Positions 19,398 to 30,256 of a DNA stretch of 64,000 nucleotides are shown one piece after another (within the stretch, counting starts at the first letter, position 1; every line of letters begins with the position of its first letter). Location: NCBI GenBank assembly GCA_965235415.1, contig CBDDXD010000002.1:93596-157595 (forward strand), read 5' to 3'. The DNA is from Candidatus Pelagibacterales bacterium (GTDB taxonomy: Bacteria > Pseudomonadota > Alphaproteobacteria > Pelagibacterales > Pelagibacteraceae). A program made the position numbers and the translations under genes. The notes beneath the pieces were generated by a model. The model made no database searches. It saw nothing but the letters and a program-made list of their open reading frames with translations, and was not told the DNA's origin.

Positions 19398-21519
19398 TTA
19401 GTAGATTTCTCTTTTGCCTACGTGATTTGCTGGGCTAATTATTTTTTCTTCTTCCATTTGATCAATAATTCTAGCCGCCCTATTGTAACCAATTCCAAGT
19501 TTTCTTTGTAAAAAACTAGTTGATGCTTTGCCTTCTATTTTAATTATTTCAACTGCTTTATTATATAATTCATCTTTTCCTTCAGAGTTTAAAACTACTT
19601 CATCATTTTCTTGTTCTTCAATTCTAGTTACTTCTTCAATGTACGTCGGTGAGCCTTGAAGCCTTAAGAAGGTTGAAACTTTTTCTATCTCTTTTTCAGA
19701 AACATAAGGACCGTGAATTCTTATAATTCTACTTGCTGAAGACATAAAAAGCATGTCGCCATTACCAAGTAATAATTCAGCACCCTGCTCTCCCAATATA
19801 GTTCTGCTGTCTATCTTTGACGTTACTTGGAATGATATTCGAGTTGGAAAATTAGCTTTAATTGTACCTGTGATGACATCAACACTTGGTCTTTGTGTTG
19901 CCATAACTATATGAATTCCAGCAGCCCTCGCCATCTGTGCAAGTCTTTGTATGTAGTTCTCAATTTCTTTACCTGCAATCATCATTAAATCAGCCATTTC
20001 ATCAACTATCACAACAATGTAGGGCATTTTTTTTCTACTCTCAGAAGATGCTTTCTCATTAAATCCTGAAATATTTCTCACTCCAATTTCAGTCATTTCT
20101 CGGTATCTTTTTTCCATTTCTTTAACGACCCATTTTAAAGCTGTTGTTGCCTTTTTTAGGTTCAGTAATAACAGGCGTTAGCAGATGAGGAATTCCTTGA
20201 TAGATTGAAAGCTCTAACATTTTCGGATCAATCATAATAAGTTTACAGTCATCAGGTTTGTGTCTGTAAAGAATTGATAGGATTAAAGTATTAATACAGA
20301 CTGATTTTCCTGATCCTGTTGTTCCAGCAATTAAAAGATGTGGCATAGAAACTAAGTCCCCAACAATTGGAAATCCAGAAATACTCTTTCCAAGAGTTAT
20401 TGGAATCTTAATGTCTTTATTATTAAATTCTTTGCTAGAAATTATTTCTTTTAAAGCAACGTTTTCTCTTACTTTGTTTGGTATTTCTATTCCTATGGTG
20501 CTTTTGCCAGGAACAGTTGCAACTCTAGTTGATATAGAGCTTGTATTACGCGCTATGTCTTCAGAAAGATTTATAATTTTTGATGTCTTGATTCCTGCGG
20601 TTGGTTCAAATTCATATAAAGTTACAACAGGTCCGGCGCTTACTCTTTTAATTTCACCTGAAATGCTAAAATCTAAAAGAACATTTTCGAGAAATTTTGA
20701 TTGAGTTTTATAACTTTCTTCATCTAATTGATTTTCAATTTTTACTGGATCATCAAGTAGTTTTATTGGAGGAATCTTATAACTTGTAGATTTTTCAACC
20801 TTTGTATTTTCCAGAGGAAGCTGTTGTTGAGGAGAAGCTTCTTGTAATGGTATTTCTTCTTGAATTTTTTCAGCACTATTTTCTTGTATATGTGGGTTAA
20901 TAGTAATTTCTTCAGTATTTTTCTTTTTAACATATATTTTAAATATTAATTTTGGAAAAAAACTTAGTAAATTATTTATAGTTATAAAAACAACTTTCCA
21001 TTCTTGAATATTTAATCCTGCACTCAAATAAAAACATATAAGAGATATACATAAAAAAATAATTGAAAGATAAGCACCAAACGAATTATTTTTTATATTT
21101 AGTTTTTCAGAAATAAAATTAGCAACAAAACCCCCAAAGCCGTTATCAGGAAGCCAAAAACTTTGATCAATATTTATTGAGAAAAATAAAGCTCCAAAAA
21201 TAATAGATAAAATTAAGAATAATAATTTTATAGAAAAATTTTCAATTTTTTTTTTTATAATTAAATATCCACCCCAAATAATTAAATTAAGAAATATTAA
21301 AAATGCCAAAACGCCAAAAGCTTGAAGGAAAAAATCAGAAAGATAGTAAAAAAAAGAAAAAAATTTATTATGAATATTTTTTTCTGACGGGAATACGTAG
21401 CTTATATTATTGGCTGAATAGGTTGTTAAAGACACAAAATACGCAAGACCAGAAAAAATAGTTATTACGCCAGCAAGTTCAATTAATTTTACTTTAATAA
21501 ATGTTATTATTTTTTCCAT
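19398..21519 (-). CDS. ftsK: DNA translocase FtsK (frameshift near 20155)
   Basis: N-terminal TMs, [23 protein letters not shown]. An extra A in CCTAAAAAAGGC breaks [18 protein letters not shown]; then [17 protein letters not shown] and gamma domain [15 protein letters not shown]. Confidence 0.97.
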
Positions 21520-21597
21520 ATTTTACTTGGCGAATCACAATTAAAACCTTTGTATCATTAATATTCAGTTGATAGAATTCGAAAGGAAAAGACAATC

Positions 21598-22774
21598 ATG
21601 CTTAACTCTCAAAAAATTTGTATTATTGGTTCAGGTCTTACAGGCTTAACGATTGCTTATTTATTATCAAAATTAAGATTACAAATAGATATAGTTGAAC
21701 AGGATTTTAATAAAAAAAAAATTAACCCAACAAAAATTGCATTAAGCAAAAGTTCCTTAGATGAATTATGTCGTTATGGGTTAAAAGATATTAAAAAGAA
21801 ATCTAATATTATCAAGAATATTTACTTACACGATTCTTATTCATCCATTAGTCTAAAACAAGATCTTCATTTCTCCGCATCTAACAAAAAAGAAGCGCTA
21901 GCTTATATTATTGATAGCAATACTTTATTTTCAGATATTTATAAAAAATTAAAGAGTTTAAAAAATATCTACTTTATTAATAAAGAAATATCGTCGATTA
22001 ACGATGAAAAATTTTTCAAAGAAATTACTTTTAAAGATTTAATTAAAAAAAATTATAATCTTGTCATCTTTGCTTCTGCTAATAATCTTTCTTTATTATC
22101 AAGATTTAAATTAAGAAAAGTCGTAGATAAGTCCTATAACGAGGATGCATATGTTTTTAATCTATTTCATGAAAAAATTTCAAATAATTCTGCAAGGCAA
22201 TTTTTTTTAAAAGATGGACCTTTGGCTTTTCTTCCAGTTTCAAGTACAGAGACCTCTGTAATTTGGTCTATTAAAAACAATTCGATTAATAAAAAATATG
22301 TTTCAAATAAAAAGTATTTATTAAAGTTTTTTAATAATCATTTTAAAGAATTATTTAAAGAAATAATTTCAATTTCCGAGATTAATAAGTTTCGTCTAAA
22401 TTATATTTTTAATGAGTTAAAAGATTCCAAAAGAACTTTAATGTTTGGTGAGATAGCTAATAAAATTCATCCTATAGCTGGTCAGGGTTGGAATATGACT
22501 TTAAGAAATATATTTTCTTTAATTAAAGTTATTAAATATTGTGAAAATTTAGGTCTAGAAATTGGCAATGATATTTTTATTAAAAAATATTTAGATGAAA
22601 CAAATTTAAATAATTTCACTTTTGCAACATTGATCGATGCCATTACGAAAAATATTTGATGTTAAGATAGATAGTTATGCTTATATAAGAAAGAATACAC
22701 TTTCTAATCTTGATAAGAATTTTTTTATTAAAAATAATTTTGTTAATATAGCTAACAAGGGTTTATTTATTTAA
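21598..22774 (+). CDS. UbiH/UbiF/Coq6-family FAD-dependent hydroxylase (frameshift near 22648)
   Basis: IIGSGLTG, ARQFFLKDGPLAFLP, HPIAGQGWN. The C-terminus continues in a shifted frame RKIFDVKIDSYAYIRK...ANKGLFI to TAA at 22774. Confidence 0.8.
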
Positions 22775-23218
22775 TTCCTCAATTTTAAGAATTTTACTTT
22801 TCAACTTAATGCCTTGCTTGGCTGAAAAACCACCTAATAAACCATCGGACCTAATAACCCTATGACAAGGGATAAAAAGTAATAATTTATTTTCACCACA
22901 TATTCTTCCGACATGTCTTGGATGTATTTTTGTTTTTTTAGAAATGTAATTATAAGAGACAGTCTTTCCATAGTTTATTTTTTTTATTTGATTCCAAACT
23001 TGTAATTGAGTCTTTGATCCAATAGCTTTTGTTTTGAAGTTTAATCGTTTTAATTTTTTATTCAAAAATTTTTTAATTTGATCTTTAGCCTTAAGTAATT
23101 GTGAGCTAGTTTTTTGTTTGATTACTTTTCTAAAATTTATATCAGTAATATAACCATCCCTTTCTATAATTGAGACAAATCCTAGTGTTGTTTTAAAAGA
23201 TAATTGGAAAGTTGACAT
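22763..23218 (-). CDS. ogt: Methylated-DNA-protein cysteine methyltransferase
   Basis: QLQVWNQI..INYGKTVSY, VGRICGEN, IPCHRVI active site. Confidence 0.95.
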   Translation of the reverse strand: MSTFQLSFKTTLGFVSIIERDGYITDINFRKVIKQKTSSQLLKAKDQIKKFLNKKLKRLNFKTKAIGSKTQLQVWNQIKKINYGKTVSYNYISKKTKIHPRHVGRICGENKLLLFIPCHRVIRSDGLLGGFSAKQGIKLKSKILKIEELNK

Positions 23219-23249
23219 TTATATTAAAACTAAATCATATCGTTTTTTT

Positions 23250-24575
23250 ATGTCAATATTTGCATTAGCCACTGCACCAGGAACATCTGGTTTGGCAGTT
23301 ATAAGAGTCTCTGGAAAAGAGGCTTTTAAGGTGGCTCAAACTGTAACTAAATTTAAAAAAATTAAGCCAAGAGTGGCTAATTTTTCTTCCTTTTATGATC
23401 ATAAAAATATGCTTATTGATAAAGGAATTTTTATATTTTTCCCAAAACCGAATAGCTACACAGGTGATGATGTAGTTGAATTTCACATTCATGGAAGCAA
23501 TGCTGTTATTAAATATTTTTTAAAAACTTTATCCAATTTTAAAAACTGTAGATTAGCTAAACCAGGCGAATTTACTAAAACTGCCCTTCTTAATAAAAAA
23601 ATTAATTTATTACAGGCTGAGAGTTTAATTGATTTAATAAATTCAGAAACTGAACTTCAAAGAATTCAGGCTTTAAAAGTAATGAATGAAGATACTACAA
23701 AAGTGTACACTGATTTAAGAGACCAAATGATAAAAATACTCTCAGATTATGAGGCGGTCATTGATTTTTCTGATGATGAAGTAGGTGATAATGTATTTTT
23801 TAATAATCGAAATAAGCTATTGAAAATAAATGATAAAATTAAGGAAATAATACTTAAAGGTGAGAATTCAGAAAAGATTAGAGAGGGATTTAAGATATCA
23901 ATCATAGGACCTACTAATTCTGGAAAATCATCTTTAATTAATTGCTTGTCAAATAGGCAAGTGTCCATTGTTTCTAATGTGCCTGGCACTACTAGAGACA
24001 TTATAGAAACAAGTATTATGATAAATGGAAAGTTAGTAAGATTTTTTGATACAGCTGGTTTTAGAAATTCAAAAAATATTGTTGAAAAAAAGGGAATTGC
24101 ATTAACTAATAAAAATTTGAACGATTCAGATTTAAAGTTAATTATTTTTGATCACACAAAAAAAATAGATAAAAAAATTTTAAAATTATTTGATTCAAAA
24201 TCAATTTTAGTTTTAAATAAAATTGATATTAAAAGTTCAAATAAATTTTTAGAAGATAAAATTTATAAACCTATAAGAATTTCAGCTAAGAAAAATATTG
24301 GAATTTCTAATCTTGTAAAAACAATATCAAAAAAAATTGATGATCACTTTACGGTTAATGAGGATAATATAATTTCTAGACAAAGACATATAAAAAGCCT
24401 TGAAAACACAACGTTTTTTATTGAAAGATGCCTTAATAAAAAAACTATCGATCAAATTGATTTGGCGGCAGAAGATTTAAGATTAGCAGTTAGGAATCTT
24501 GGAGAAGTAGTCGGTTACGTTAATGTTGAAGAATTACTAGATAGAATATTTAAAGATTTTTGTATCGGTAAATAG
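23250..24575 (+). CDS. mnmE: tRNA modification GTPase MnmE
   Basis: IFALAT, PNSYTGDDVVEFHIHGS, GPTNSGKSS, PGTTRD, DTAG, NKID, FCIGK. Confidence 0.99.
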   Translation: MSIFALATAPGTSGLAVIRVSGKEAFKVAQTVTKFKKIKPRVANFSSFYDHKNMLIDKGIFIFFPKPNSYTGDDVVEFHIHGSNAVIKYFLKTLSNFKNCRLAKPGEFTKTALLNKKINLLQAESLIDLINSETELQRIQALKVMNEDTTKVYTDLRDQMIKILSDYEAVIDFSDDEVGDNVFFNNRNKLLKINDKIKEIILKGENSEKIREGFKISIIGPTNSGKSSLINCLSNRQVSIVSNVPGTTRDIIETSIMINGKLVRFFDTAGFRNSKNIVEKKGIALTNKNLNDSDLKLIIFDHTKKIDKKILKLFDSKSILVLNKIDIKSSNKFLEDKIYKPIRISAKKNIGISNLVKTISKKIDDHFTVNEDNIISRQRHIKSLENTTFFIERCLNKKTIDQIDLAAEDLRLAVRNLGEVVGYVNVEELLDRIFKDFCIGK

Positions 24576-24622
24576 CATAAAAATATCTTATCTTTTAAGT
24601 TAATGGGATATATAAACCCCAT

Positions 24623-26491
24623 ATGAATTTAGAAAAGAATTTTGACATAATTGTAATTGGAGCTGGTCACGCAGGTTGTGAAGCTGCTGCTGCTTCTGCA
24701 AGATCAGGGGTTAATACTGCTCTTATCACAAACTCACTTTCTACAATTGGCGAAATGTCATGCAATCCTGCAATCGGAGGATTAGGCAAAGGTCATCTAG
24801 TTAGAGAAATTGATGCTTTAGATGGTGTTATGGGAGTTGTTGCCGATCAATCAGGAATACAATTTAGATTATTAAATAGTAGTAGAGGACATGCTGTTAG
24901 AGGACCAAGAACACAATCTGATAGAGAGCTTTATAAAAAATATATGCAAGAAATGTTACTAAGTTACTGTAATTTAAGCCTTTTTTATGACCCTGTAACA
25001 AAGTTTGAATTTAGCAAAAATAAAATTATTTCGATAGAAACTCAGTCTGGAAATTCATTTTCAGCAAAAAAATTTATTTTAACGACTGGAACTTTTTTAA
25101 ATGGCCTTATTCATATTGGAGATGAAAAGATTTCAGCTGGAAGAATAGATGAGAAACCAACCTTAGGATTAAGTGAGCAGTTAAAAAAATTTAACTTTAA
25201 AATTGGCAGATTGAAGACCGGAACACCTCCAAGACTTGATGGAACAACAATTGATTATGAAAAACTTGAATTGCAAGATGCTGATGAGAAACCCTTTTTT
25301 TTTTCTTATTTAACAAAAAAAATTAATGCCAAACAGATTTCCTGCGGGGTGACATATACTAATGACAAGGTTCATAGAATTATTGAAAAAAATTTAAAAC
25401 GAAGTGCGATGTACTCCGGATCAATAAAAAGTGTCGGACCTAGATACTGCCCTTCTATTGAAGATAAGATTGTAAAATTTAGAGATAAGCAGCGTCATCA
25501 AATTTTTTTAGAACCAGAAAGTCTTACAACAAATATAGTCTATCCAAATGGTATATCAACTTCTCTTCCTAAAGAAATTCAACAAGAAATATTATTTAAA
25601 ATCAATGGTTTAGAGAATGTTCGAATGATTAGACCTGGGTATGCAATTGAGTATGATTATGTGTTCCCAACTGAGTTAGATTTCACTCTTAAGACAAAAA
25701 AAATTGAAAATTTATATCTTGCTGGTCAAATTAATGGAACAACAGGATATGAAGAGGCTGCCGCACAAGGAATTGTAGCTGGTCTTAATGCTGCTCAATC
25801 AGTTAAAAATTTAGAACCAATAAAATTTCAAAGATCACAGTCTTATATTGGAGTGATGATTGATGATTTAATTACTAAAGGTGTCAGTGAACCGTATAGA
25901 ATGTTTACATCGCGAGCTGAATATAGATTAACTCTGAGAGCAGATAACGCAGATTTAAGATTAACCCCTTTGGCTATTAAATATAATTTTATATCTAAAA
26001 TTAGAAAGTCTAAATTTGTCAATAAAATCAATAACTTAAATGAATTTAAAACTATTTTGTCAAACAAGATAGTGTCGCCCACTCTTTTAAAAAAAAATGG
26101 TATTAAAATTTCTCAAGACGGAAGAAAAAAATCCCTTTTACAGATTTTAAAATTTAAAGATGTTACTTTAGAAAAAATCAGATCTATATTTTCAGACATA
26201 CCAAAGTATGAAGATGAGATAGAAGATCTAATAAAAACTGATTCCCATTATAGTGGTTATATAGAACAACAAAAAAGGGACATAAGTATTTTCGAAAAGG
26301 ATGAGAATCTCATAATACCTAAAAATATTGACTATCAGTCTATTTCTGGCCTTTCAAATGAGATAAAAAGAAAACTTAAGGAGATAAAACCATTAACTTT
26401 TGGTCAAGCATTAAGAATAGATGGAGTAACCCCTGCCGCAATTAATATATTGATGATTTATTGTAAAAATACTCTTAGAAAAGCATCATAA
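24623..26491 (+). CDS. mnmG: tRNA uridine 5-carboxymethylaminomethyl modification enzyme
   Basis: [56 protein letters not shown]. Confidence 0.99.
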   Translation: MNLEKNFDIIVIGAGHAGCEAAAASARSGVNTALITNSLSTIGEMSCNPAIGGLGKGHLVREIDALDGVMGVVADQSGIQFRLLNSSRGHAVRGPRTQSDRELYKKYMQEMLLSYCNLSLFYDPVTKFEFSKNKIISIETQSGNSFSAKKFILTTGTFLNGLIHIGDEKISAGRIDEKPTLGLSEQLKKFNFKIGRLKTGTPPRLDGTTIDYEKLELQDADEKPFFFSYLTKKINAKQISCGVTYTNDKVHRIIEKNLKRSAMYSGSIKSVGPRYCPSIEDKIVKFRDKQRHQIFLEPESLTTNIVYPNGISTSLPKEIQQEILFKINGLENVRMIRPGYAIEYDYVFPTELDFTLKTKKIENLYLAGQINGTTGYEEAAAQGIVAGLNAAQSVKNLEPIKFQRSQSYIGVMIDDLITKGVSEPYRMFTSRAEYRLTLRADNADLRLTPLAIKYNFISKIRKSKFVNKINNLNEFKTILSNKIVSPTLLKKNGIKISQDGRKKSLLQILKFKDVTLEKIRSIFSDIPKYEDEIEDLIKTDSHYSGYIEQQKRDISIFEKDENLIIPKNIDYQSISGLSNEIKRKLKEIKPLTFGQALRIDGVTPAAINILMIYCKNTLRKAS

Positions 26492-26496
26492 ACATC

Positions 26497-27126
26497 ATGA
26501 ATAATGATATTGAATTTTTTATAAAAAAATTCAATGTTTCACGTGAAACAATAGAAAAACTTAATAAATACAATGATTTTTTATTAGAAAATAATAAATT
26601 ATTAAATTTAATAGGAAAAACAACAGAAAAACATGTATTTTCAAGGCATTTTAAAGATTCTGCTCAAATATACGATTTAATTCAAGATAAATCTGAGATT
26701 ATAGATATTGGTTCAGGTGCTGGGTTTCCAGGAATTATAATAAAGATATTGATGGAAAACGATAAAATAAATGGAAACGTTATATTAATAGATAAAAGTC
26801 CAAAAAAATGTAAATTTTTAAAAGAATTGTCAGATAAACTTTCTCTAATATTAAAAATTGAAAATTTAAGATTAGAAGATTATAAATTTAATAAAATTTC
26901 AACCATAGTTTCAAGAGCATTTAAGAAAACAATACAAACAATAGATATACTTTTCAAAAATAATGAAAATATAAGAAGCATTATATTAATTAAAGGCAAA
27001 ACTTATCAACAAGAATTAGAGGAAGCTAAAAAAAAATATACTTTTGAGCTAGAAAAATTTAGAAGCATTACATCTGATGAATCTTATATTCTTAAAATTA
27101 GTAATATCAAACTTAGTACAACTTAA
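26497..27126 (+). CDS. rsmG: 16S rRNA m7G527 methyltransferase
   Basis: NVSRET, NLIG, RHFKDS, DIGSGAGFPG, VSRAF, KGK; lies between mnmG and parA. Confidence 0.95.
   Translation: MNNDIEFFIKKFNVSRETIEKLNKYNDFLLENNKLLNLIGKTTEKHVFSRHFKDSAQIYDLIQDKSEIIDIGSGAGFPGIIIKILMENDKINGNVILIDKSPKKCKFLKELSDKLSLILKIENLRLEDYKFNKISTIVSRAFKKTIQTIDILFKNNENIRSIILIKGKTYQQELEEAKKKYTFELEKFRSITSDESYILKISNIKLSTT
26535..26550. promoter_or_regulatory. parS centromere-like site (inside rsmG)
   Basis: Perfect 16-bp palindrome TGTTTCACGTGAAACA, identical to the canonical parS consensus, about 0.6 kb upstream of parA. Confidence 0.93.
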
Positions 27127-27134
27127 AGTTGTAA

Positions 27135-27935
27135 ATGCCTAGGATAATTTCTGTTATAAATCAAAAGGGCGGAGTTGGCAAAACTACCACGGCAATTAAT
27201 CTAGCAGCAGGTCTTGCTCTTAAAAATTATAAAGTTTTGCTTATTGATCTTGATCCGCAGGGTAACGCATCAACTGGTGTAGGTATTGATCAAAGCGAAA
27301 GAGAAAAATCTATTTATGATTTGCTTATAAAAAAAGATTCTTTTGTTGAATGTATAAAAAAAACTAAAATAGAAAATTTAAGCATCATACCAGCAAATGC
27401 AGATCTGTCAGGTCTTGAAACTGAAGTTGCAAATAATTCTCAAAAAGCTTTTTTATTAAAAAATATTATTGATGATCCAATAAACAATTTAGAAAAAGAA
27501 AAATTTTCATTCATCATAATAGATTGTCCTCCATCACTTAGTCTTCTTACAATTATGTCTTTGGTTATTTCTCATTCTTTAGTTGTTCCATTGCAAACCG
27601 AGTTTTTTGCCTTAGAGGGGTTAAGTCAGTTAGTTAAAACAATAGATCGTATAAAAATTAATTTAAATCCTAATTTAGAAATACAAGGCATAGTTCTGAC
27701 TATGTATGATAAGCGAAATAAACTTTGCGCTGACGTTGAAAAAGAAGGCAGAAATTTTTTTGGAAACAAGGTCTATAATACAAATATACCTCGGAATGTA
27801 AGAATTTCTGAGGCCCCATCATTTGGAATGCCAGTCATTTTGTATGATAAAAATTGTTCTGGTTCTTTGGCTTATAATCAATTTGTAGATGAGTTTTTAA
27901 TTAGGGAAAATTTGGAAGAAAAAAAAGTTGCATAA
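27135..27935 (+). CDS. parA: Chromosome partitioning ATPase ParA/Soj
   Basis: NQKGGVGKTT, DLDPQGNAS, IDCPPSL, QTEFFALEG, IPRNVRISEAPS. Confidence 0.98.
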   Translation: MPRIISVINQKGGVGKTTTAINLAAGLALKNYKVLLIDLDPQGNASTGVGIDQSEREKSIYDLLIKKDSFVECIKKTKIENLSIIPANADLSGLETEVANNSQKAFLLKNIIDDPINNLEKEKFSFIIIDCPPSLSLLTIMSLVISHSLVVPLQTEFFALEGLSQLVKTIDRIKINLNPNLEIQGIVLTMYDKRNKLCADVEKEGRNFFGNKVYNTNIPRNVRISEAPSFGMPVILYDKNCSGSLAYNQFVDEFLIRENLEEKKVA

Positions 27936-28802
27936 ATGATTGGAAATAAATTTAAAGGGCTAGGAAAAGGATTGTCAGCATTAATGGGGGATATTCCTCC
28001 AGAAAATATTCAAACTAAAAGTTCTTCAGAAAAAATTCCTATACATTTTATATATGCCAATCCTTCTCAACCAAGAAAAAATTTTAATCAACAATTACTT
28101 AATGAGCTTTCTGAATCAATTAAAGAGCAAGGAATTATTCAGCCAATATTAGTTAGAAAAAAATCAGAGGATAAATATGAAATTGTTGCTGGAGAAAGAA
28201 GATGGAGAGCAGCTCAACTTGCAAAAATTCATGAAGTACCAGTTATTGTTTTAAATATTGATGATAAAAAATCTTTAGAATTTGCAATATTAGAAAATAT
28301 TCAAAGGTCAGATTTAAACGGAATAGAAGAGGCTTTGGGTTATGATAATTTAGTTAGAAAATTTGCATATTCTCAAGAAACATTATCAAAAATTTTGGGA
28401 AAAAGCAGAAGTCATATTGCTAATACGTTAAGACTTGTTGGTCTGCCTGAAGAGATAAAAAAAATGATATCAGATGGATTATTAACAGCTGGACATGCTA
28501 GATGTTTAGTTAATGTTCCGGATAATATTAGACTTGCTAAAATAATAGTTAATAAAAATCTTTCAGTAAGGCAGGCTGAATTTTTAGTTAAAAAAGAGCA
28601 AGTTTTTTCAAGTTCTAAAAAAAATACAACAAATAATAAAGATACAAATATAAAATCTTTAGAAAGTGATCTTGAACTTTTAATGGGAATAAAAGTAGAT
28701 ATTAAGAATAAAAAAAATAATTCTGGAGAGATTAAATTTTCTTATAAAAATCTTGAACAGTTAAATAAAATTATTAGTGTTCTTAAAGGTTATTTTAGAT
28801 AG
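27936..28802 (+). CDS. parB: Chromosome partitioning protein ParB
   Basis: GLGKGLSAL, NPSQPRK, GIIQPILVR, IVAGERRWRAA, ENIQRSDL, GKSRSHIANTLRL. Confidence 0.98.
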   Translation: MIGNKFKGLGKGLSALMGDIPPENIQTKSSSEKIPIHFIYANPSQPRKNFNQQLLNELSESIKEQGIIQPILVRKKSEDKYEIVAGERRWRAAQLAKIHEVPVIVLNIDDKKSLEFAILENIQRSDLNGIEEALGYDNLVRKFAYSQETLSKILGKSRSHIANTLRLVGLPEEIKKMISDGLLTAGHARCLVNVPDNIRLAKIIVNKNLSVRQAEFLVKKEQVFSSSKKNTTNNKDTNIKSLESDLELLMGIKVDIKNKKNNSGEIKFSYKNLEQLNKIISVLKGYFR

Positions 28803-29786
28803 GTTTTGAGTTAAAAAATAATAAAATTGAGTATCTTGATTTAAATCATTTCTCTTAAACTCAGTCTCAACAATATTCAAATTACTTAAGAAATTTTTCA
28901 AGATTATTAGTGCTCCAAATTTTTAATATATTTTTTATTCTATCTTTATCTTTCCAGAAAATAGGAGGTTTATATCTTTCAATTCTTTCATCGATTGAAA
29001 GATGTTTTATTATTTTTTTGTATATCAAGAATTTTAATTATGAATGATCTTAGAATAATAATTATTTCTATAAAATTTTTTTCATAATTAGACATATTGG
29101 ATATAAATTCATTAATATTTTTTTCATTTTTAGATAGTAAAATATCAATAATTTCATCATTCTTTTTTAGATCTGCATCAGTACAAATTTCTTCAATAAT
29201 TTGATCTGTTATTTTTCCTGAATTTTTATATAGATTTAATTTTTCAATTACTTCTTTAATTTTTGATCTTTTTAAGGAAGAAGAATTAATAATAGTTTCA
29301 CTTTGTGAATCTGATAATTGAATATTATTTATTTAGAGTTGTTGTGTGAAGAAATTTTTTTATATCAAATTTAGTTTCTTGATAGCAGGGGATACAAATA
29401 GCTAATTTATCATATTCTCCAAATTGTCTTAGTTTCGAATTTTTTAGAAGTATTTCAGAGTTTAAAATAATAATATTATCATTAATATTATTTTTTATTT
29501 TATTAATAATTTCTAGTATTTTTTCAGAACAGTTTTTAATGATTGAAATATTTTTATTATCATCAAATAATGATCCATTAAGATAATAATTAATAATATT
29601 TTCTGGATTCTTAATTATATCTTCTTCAAAAAAAGATTTTGAGATTTTATTTTCTTCTATAAATTTAGATACAATTTGTTGATTTAAATCATTAACTAAA
29701 TCTTGATTTTCTCCATATAAAAGAATTATTTTTTCTTTAAAAAAATCTTTTTTTTTAAGACTTATCTCTTGTGATTTTAAGAGCAT
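28761..29786 (-). CDS. holA: DNA polymerase III delta subunit (frameshifted, first break near 29330)
   Basis: MLLKSQE, ILLYGEN, GSLFD, KNSKLR, IPCYQE. Downstream frames give IKEVIEKLNLYK and ...FYYFLTQNLSK. Follows leuS-lptE. Confidence 0.8.
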
Positions 29787-29791
29787 TTAAA

Positions 29792-30256
29792 CTAATTTAA
29801 TGAGACTCTAGATTTAAATAAGATATTTTGAATTATAGAATCTAATAATAATCTTTTTTCATTATTTTTTACTAAAATATTATTTGATAAATTGTCAGTT
29901 ACAGAAACTCTTTTGTCTTTGGTTATAGCATCTTGGTAGATGACAACTCCATTTTTATCTTGAAATTGATAGCTTACTGTTAATTTTATAATTTCTTCTG
30001 TAGAAATTCCTCTTGAATCAACAAGAGAACTTTCTGCTGTGTCATAAATTTGAGCTTTAAATATATAAGCATTTAAATTTTTTTCATCTTTTTTAAAATT
30101 TAATTTTTGTTCTAAATTAAAAGCTAGATCTTTATCACCAATAATTTCTGATTTAGAAATAATTACTTGTTTAGAGTTTCCAGTATAAATAGGTGAAAAA
30201 CCACAATGAGTTAAAGTAATTGATATTATAATAGCTAGAAAAAATTTATTTATCAT
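29792..30256 (-). CDS. lptE: LPS assembly lipoprotein LptE-like
   Basis: Lipobox LTHC followed by GFSPIY; lies between leuS and holA. Likely start is the ATG at 30256. Confidence 0.75.
   Translation of the reverse strand: MINKFFLAIIISITLTHCGFSPIYTGNSKQVIISKSEIIGDKDLAFNLEQKLNFKKDEKNLNAYIFKAQIYDTAESSLVDSRGISTEEIIKLTVSYQFQDKNGVVIYQDAITKDKRVSVTDNLSNNILVKNNEKRLLLDSIIQNILFKSRVSLN

Noticed and set aside
24576-24625. ATGGG-N10-CCCAT hairpin / sigma32-like CCCCATAT before mnmG
   Set aside because: The stem is only 5 bp and there is no convincing -35 at the proper spacing.
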